Part shown: piece by piece, positions 61,001 through 64,000 of the stretch
Position numbering within the stretch: the first letter of the stretch is position 1
How the letters are laid out: each line of letters opens with the position of its first letter
Assembly: GCA_002633005.1 (NCBI GenBank)
Contig: NMRA01000013.1
Coordinates: forward strand, 796,995 to 860,994
Origin: Phoronis australis
Lineage: Eukaryota; Animalia; Phoronida
Reading direction: 5' to 3'
Length of the DNA: 64,000 nucleotides
Made by a program: the position numbers and the translations under genes
Notes under the pieces: model-generated
The model's input: only the letters and a program-made list of their open reading frames with translations
Databases searched by the model: none
Told to the model about the DNA's origin: nothing

Positions 61001-63970
61001 TTGCCAAGTAACCTCTCCATCCATTTTCCATCACAGAAGTAGTTCCATTAAGCACAAAATAACCAACTACATCAAATTAAAAGATTCACAATAATCCAAA
61101 AATTAGTCATGTTTCACGAAAATTAAATCAAAATCCGTTCTACACCAGGCATAACTACTAAACAAAGCAACTTAAGATTATCACCATAAAGTTCTTCAGG
61201 TGGTTAAAGTTAACAATTCAAAGCGGCCAGAAACCTGCCTTCTATCAAAAACACAAACTTTTAATGTAGCCCACTGGTCTCAACTTGTTCCTTACTTACG
61301 ACAGACAAAAAGCCATTTTTAGGCATCGTAATAACAAATTGTTCTGAAAACCAGACATCCCCTTTAACTTCAATAAGGACCAGCTGAGAAAAGTTTCATA
61401 ATATCAAGTAATTTAAACAAAAGACAATTTTTGGACATAAGGCAGGTTTACAGCATCTTTAATCTTCTCGTTGCTTAACCGACATCATAATGGTTATGAA
61501 CAAGCAGCTCTCTCCTCCCTTCTTTACTAGCCTTAAATGAAATTACCTGACAGCGTTTGCACCTGAGTTTCGCTATTGTGCAAGAGGTCCCGCGTCTTCT
61601 CGAGTTCGGCTAGGAACAGAAGCAGACAGAGACATGCACTAGCAGCTAGGTACAACATGCAACACAGTGTGGCGTCGACGTGCAAAGTACAAGTCCGAGG
61701 TACGGTACTCCAAGCATGGGAGACACATAACATAGAGTACACGCCAAAAATAATAAGACAAAATTCCATTTCACCACATCATGGTGGACGAGACTCGGTC
61801 AAAACTCAGCTACTCTGATGGTCAATTCTGCTTGCACTCGGCTGCATTGACAGGGAATTCCCCTTGAGCTTGGCAGTCCTGACAAGGAACTCCGCTTGCA
61901 CGATGGGGGATTCCATGGCCATATTGTCCCATTATTTGTGGCGAATACAGTACAATAGGGGGAATCTCGAGTTGGATCAAATTCTGAGCTATCCTATGAT
62001 GTACAGTCAACTATTTCAGTCTTACATACTCATGAAAACATATAACAAGTGAGCGTGTATAAATTTGCTTAGCTCACAAATTCACTTTCATTTTGTTTTT
62101 AAATACAGCAAGATAGAGTTCATAGTAATTAAACATGATAATATCAAACTGAACGACTCACAACCAGAAGATTTGCCGTCGCTAACTGGATATATTCCAT
62201 TTTGAAGTTACAGATTTCCCTTCGACCAACTTAGTGCTGTGTGCGACTTAAGAAATATATGTAACTTTGTAAACATTGAGAATTTATGTACTTTCTAAAT
62301 GGGATTGTACAGACATTCATCAGGATGAGATACTCCAAAATACTCCAGAATTTGATCCAACAAACTAGACAGTGAAAACAATCAGTGAAGCAAACCGCTA
62401 GGAAAGAAACGGATGATTACATATCTTGAGACTGTATATTTTATGTCAACATTAATAACAAATAACATACATTCCACCTTCATGTAATGCAGTAAAGGGT
62501 AGTGCGGTATATCACAGACAACAAAAATCAAAGCACAGTCAATACACAACAAAAGCTCACCAACTTCAGAGAAAAATAAATGACCTTTTTTCATTTTTCA
62601 AAGCATTCTTACGTCATTTCGAATACGCACAATTCCCTAAAACATTGTGTAGTGGTAGCTATGATATGGAACCAAAAGTTGAAAAAGTATTTAATTTGAA
62701 GTAACATGCCTTTGATGAAAATTTGAAATATATAATTTCATGTCTGCCATATTGAGCAATAAATTGGTGACATGTTAATGTATCTATTAATATTGCCATA
62801 AACCGGGCTTATGTGAAAAACTACCCAAGACCACTTACCACTTTAGAACCAGGCTTGGGAGAAACTAACAGTTTGTCACTGCTTGAGACTAGGCTTAAGA
62901 ATTTGACTTGACGTGCCCAGCCTGATTTAAGCGTGACTTATACAAGCTGTCAGTTGTTCCAGAGCCCAGAAATCAATTCTCATCTTTGTAAAAACAAGTT
63001 GAGACCAGTTCTATGATGGTAGGTAGGCTCATTAGTAATTTGACAAACGACGGATGTATACCATTATCAAGCAGCGAAGAAAAACAGAACAAAATGCAAC
63101 GAGTGAATGAACAAACAGTATGTCTCACAGTCTCTTTCCCGCCAATTCTTTACTGCCACCTGTTGGGCTTCGTTCATTTGGTCAAGCAGCTCTTAAAGCA
63201 AGACAAACACAGACATGCATAAACGAATTGAAGGAAGGGGCTTTACTAATCTGGACCCATTATTCCTCACACCAAAGTTTGGACTCGGGCAGATATTCTA
63301 AGTTCACCAACTCCTATCCATATAATGGAGTCAGTTGTAAGCACACGCACAGTGGTTTTCAAACAAAAGCAACAAAAATCTTAACGTCAAAGTAATCCAA
63401 TATTGTCAGTTACAGCACACAGAAGAAAAGTGATGGCAATTAACAAAATTTAATAGCTTAATCTTCTGTTCCGATATTGGAAAATTTATGACAACAAGAA
63501 ATTTTTGTCATTTTTTGAAAATTGCTTTACATGGTACTTAGCACTGCTCAAAAAGCAGTTCCTATGATTTCGAAACTAATCTAAGGATCTCACACTTAGA
63601 TAAATGAACAAAACTGTACAAAGAAACTATTAGTTGATTTTGATACTTAGCTTTTATCAAGACTTGTCGTCTTACACCTGACTTGGGAGGATGAACAGAA
63701 AATCAATTTTTACTAACACGAGTCCAAACTTCAGTAGAAGTCATAAAATTTGAAAAGGAACATATATGTACACCAAACAGGCAACGACTACAAAAGACAG
63801 AAACTTTTGGCAATGGCACTGAAGCAAGGTCATGACCTCTGACCTACCTCTGAAACACTGAATCAGATTGAGCCTGAATTTGAAAAACAACTTACCTTTG
63901 TTCTCTGTCGCTTCTCGCACTCTCGCCTCCGAAACATCTTCTAATTTTTTCTTCACCTGAGCTAATTGGT
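42918..63970 (-). CDS. SLMAP: SLMAP-like tail-anchored coiled-coil protein, 3' portion; N-terminus (expected FHA domain) lies right of the window
   Basis: 20 phase-compatible GT-AG exons encoding heptad-rich helix. The final exons EFVALKNECAGLRRRIQNLEADMK / NAQLTSDYSRLQESYNELE / C-terminal TM ICSMVPLVALMFALLLAFYPALSELTATVD* resemble the human SLMAP C-terminus as recalled (EWNALETECHSLKREN..., LELTSDLSILQ..., tail anchor). Gene name is by recalled similarity only. Confidence 0.8.
43558..43692 (-). CDS. SLMAP: SLMAP-like exon (135 nt, phase 0-0)
   Basis: LQTANQDITTWREKCAECKEEITLLKSDLDEMGMEYTVLADRSRT. Confidence 0.9.
44616..44775 (-). CDS. SLMAP: SLMAP-like exon (160 nt, phase 2-0)
   Basis: TRKENAQLTSDYSRLQESYNELEALKERLESQEEAWRLNLTDAQKEADITKQQ. 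Confidence 0.9.
44785..44903. repeat. 19-bp minisatellite, about 6 copies
   Basis: Unit acatacagcacagtgcata. Confidence 0.9.
45372..45447 (-). CDS. SLMAP: SLMAP-like exon (76 nt, phase 1-2)
   Basis: EFVALKNECAGLRRRIQNLEADMK. Confidence 0.9.
46524..46690. repeat. Degenerate ~34-36-bp minisatellite, 4-5 copies
   Basis: Unit approximately aagaaa(ta)cagatactttrcaatgttaagatacata. Confidence 0.7.
46937..47104 (-). CDS. SLMAP: SLMAP-like rod exon, 168 nt, phase 1-1
   Basis: ALHNVQLELDQALKEIQQKSSCIEQTKEQLVSVTAELEDERCHCGNLNNKLDEIE; donor C|gtaatg. Confidence 0.8.
47616..48375. mobile_element. MITE with GGG termini and TTA target-site duplication (PIF/Harbinger- or Zator-like)
   Basis: tta|gggctgttccagcaaaatctgtatgggaggggggg ... 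ccccccctcccacacggatttttactggaacagccc|tta. Confidence 0.85.
48598..48723 (-). CDS. SLMAP: SLMAP-like rod exon, 126 nt, phase 1-1
   Basis: DLEAEGDSHSTTAKSLLLTENSLEERKMELQSTLAKLAQTQ; weak donor T|gtacag. Confidence 0.75.
49193..49773 (-). repeat. Perfect 42-bp tandem array (~13.8 units), each unit containing the exon end and a 5' splice site
   Basis: Minus-strand unit CTC AGA CAA ATT AAC CAA TTG GAA C|GT AAG AAC GAT GCC TTG; 14 donors with exon ends at 49203+42k (k=0-13). Confidence 0.95.
49749..49862 (-). CDS. SLMAP: SLMAP-like rod exon with variable 3' end (shortest visible form; extendable in frame to 49203)
   Basis: ttactgcag|AA RLEVEKSAHSETKECLSNARAESAAVNET [N at 49774] LRQINQLE C|gtaaga; same family as the 126-nt exons. 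Confidence 0.8.
51030..51155 (-). CDS. SLMAP: SLMAP-like rod exon, 126 nt, phase 1-1
   Basis: LLSEEQTCHARTKERLELSTKEVERATEDHEIAVTKLSLFE; donor A|gtaaga. Confidence 0.85.
51544..52068. mobile_element. hAT-like MITE
   Basis: 13-bp TIRs cagggcttggaat / attccaagccctg; atcaac on both flanks; repeated subterminal cgcggaaa motifs. Confidence 0.8.
52598..52723 (-). CDS. SLMAP: SLMAP-like rod exon, 126 nt, phase 1-1
   Basis: LLEEETSSHCDTQIQLKNVSAVVDDLNDELVAAMTNLATAQ; donor G|gtaagg. Confidence 0.85.
53508..53633 (-). CDS. SLMAP: SLMAP-like rod exon, 126 nt, phase 1-1
   Basis: LLQDERTANNNSQLQLSCVRAEYERVKAELDNLNIQLSDSE; donor A|gtaagt. Confidence 0.85.
54054..54180. repeat. Degenerate palindromic element
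   Basis: aaaaacaccata...ctacagtggt-gggtaaa-accactgtgg...tatggtgttttt arms. Confidence 0.7.
54379..54441 (-). CDS. SLMAP: SLMAP-like rod exon, 63 nt, phase 1-1
   Basis: WLYDVRAQLDMTRKRILELE; donor A|gtaatg. Confidence 0.8.
55451..55513 (-). CDS. SLMAP: SLMAP-like rod exon, 63 nt, phase 1-1
   Basis: KLKVEETAHDLAVNNLKEME; donor A|gtgagt. Confidence 0.8.
56484..56546 (-). CDS. SLMAP: SLMAP-like rod exon, 63 nt, phase 1-1
   Basis: QLEDMQVSLDDAVKRMYEAE; donor A|gtagga. Confidence 0.8.
56675..56782 (-). CDS. SLMAP: SLMAP-like rod exon, 108 nt, phase 1-1
   Basis: ELGNIQTQLKNTETKKSEELSSARKEMEHQVAKNQ; donor G|gtgaga. Confidence 0.85.
57254..57316 (-). CDS. SLMAP: SLMAP-like rod exon, 63 nt, phase 1-1
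   Basis: QMSITEDLLDQAQNENSKLQ; donor G|gtttgt. Confidence 0.75.
58412..58432 (-). CDS. SLMAP: Candidate 21-nt microexon of the SLMAP-like gene
   Basis: Long pyrimidine tract, ctaat branch-like motif, TGC motifs, cacag|TT CCC CCG CGC AAT GGA AAA G|gtatcg; phase 1-1. Confidence 0.55.
59099..59161 (-). CDS. SLMAP: SLMAP-like rod exon, 63 nt, phase 1-1
   Basis: ILKLEIISHQETIAKLSNMS; donor T|gtaaga. Confidence 0.8.
60083..60199 (-). CDS. SLMAP: SLMAP-like rod exon, 117 nt, phase 1-1
   Basis: ELLKVKQELENEITAKERERESSQRLQGDMDKQTEKHQ; donor G|gtatga. Confidence 0.88.
61547..61609 (-). CDS. SLMAP: SLMAP-like rod exon, 63 nt, phase 1-1
   Basis: ELEKTRDLLHNSETQVQTLS; donor G|gtaatt. Confidence 0.83.
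63129..63191 (-). CDS. SLMAP: SLMAP-like rod exon, 63 nt, phase 1-1
   Basis: LLDQMNEAQQVAVKNWRERD; donor T|gtgaga. Confidence 0.75.
63896..63970 (-). CDS. SLMAP: SLMAP-like rod exon, 75 nt, phase 1-1
   Basis: QLAQVKKKLEDVSEARVREATENK; donor G|gtaagt. Confidence 0.87.
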
Positions 63971-64000
63971 CTGTAACGGAACAGAACAAAATATAATTGT

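Overview
Eukaryotic (metazoan) genomic DNA, AT-rich and intron-rich. It is a draft assembly with N gaps at 5260-5461 and 35788-36059 and single Ns at 21695, 26633 and 49774. A marine invertebrate origin is my inference only. Three spliced genes can be read by hand. (1) TMEM167B/Kish-B-like on the minus strand: exon 2 at 394-525, probable exon 1 near 3593, last exon outside the window. (2) A complete cytoplasmic isoleucyl-tRNA synthetase IARS1 on the plus strand: 28 coding exons, 6993-34238, 1180 aa, apparently head-to-head with TMEM167B. (3) The 3' part of an SLMAP-like tail-anchored coiled-coil gene on the minus strand (42918 to beyond 64000). The SLMAP-like gene is the most unusual element. 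Its rod is built from 16 symmetric phase-1 exons, mostly exact heptad multiples (63/126/168 nt), plus a candidate 21-nt microexon. One exon carries a perfect 42-bp (two-heptad) tandem array in which every unit contains the exon's own 5' splice site. This gives at least 14 in-frame alternative donors, a possible splice-tunable coiled-coil 'ruler'. Introns also hold a Penelope-like GIY-YIG fragment with a minimal hammerhead motif, a palindrome made of hammerhead-like arms, several MITEs, SINE/HINE-like repeats and minisatellites. All calls are by eye, and homology statements rely on remembered protein sequences, not database searches.
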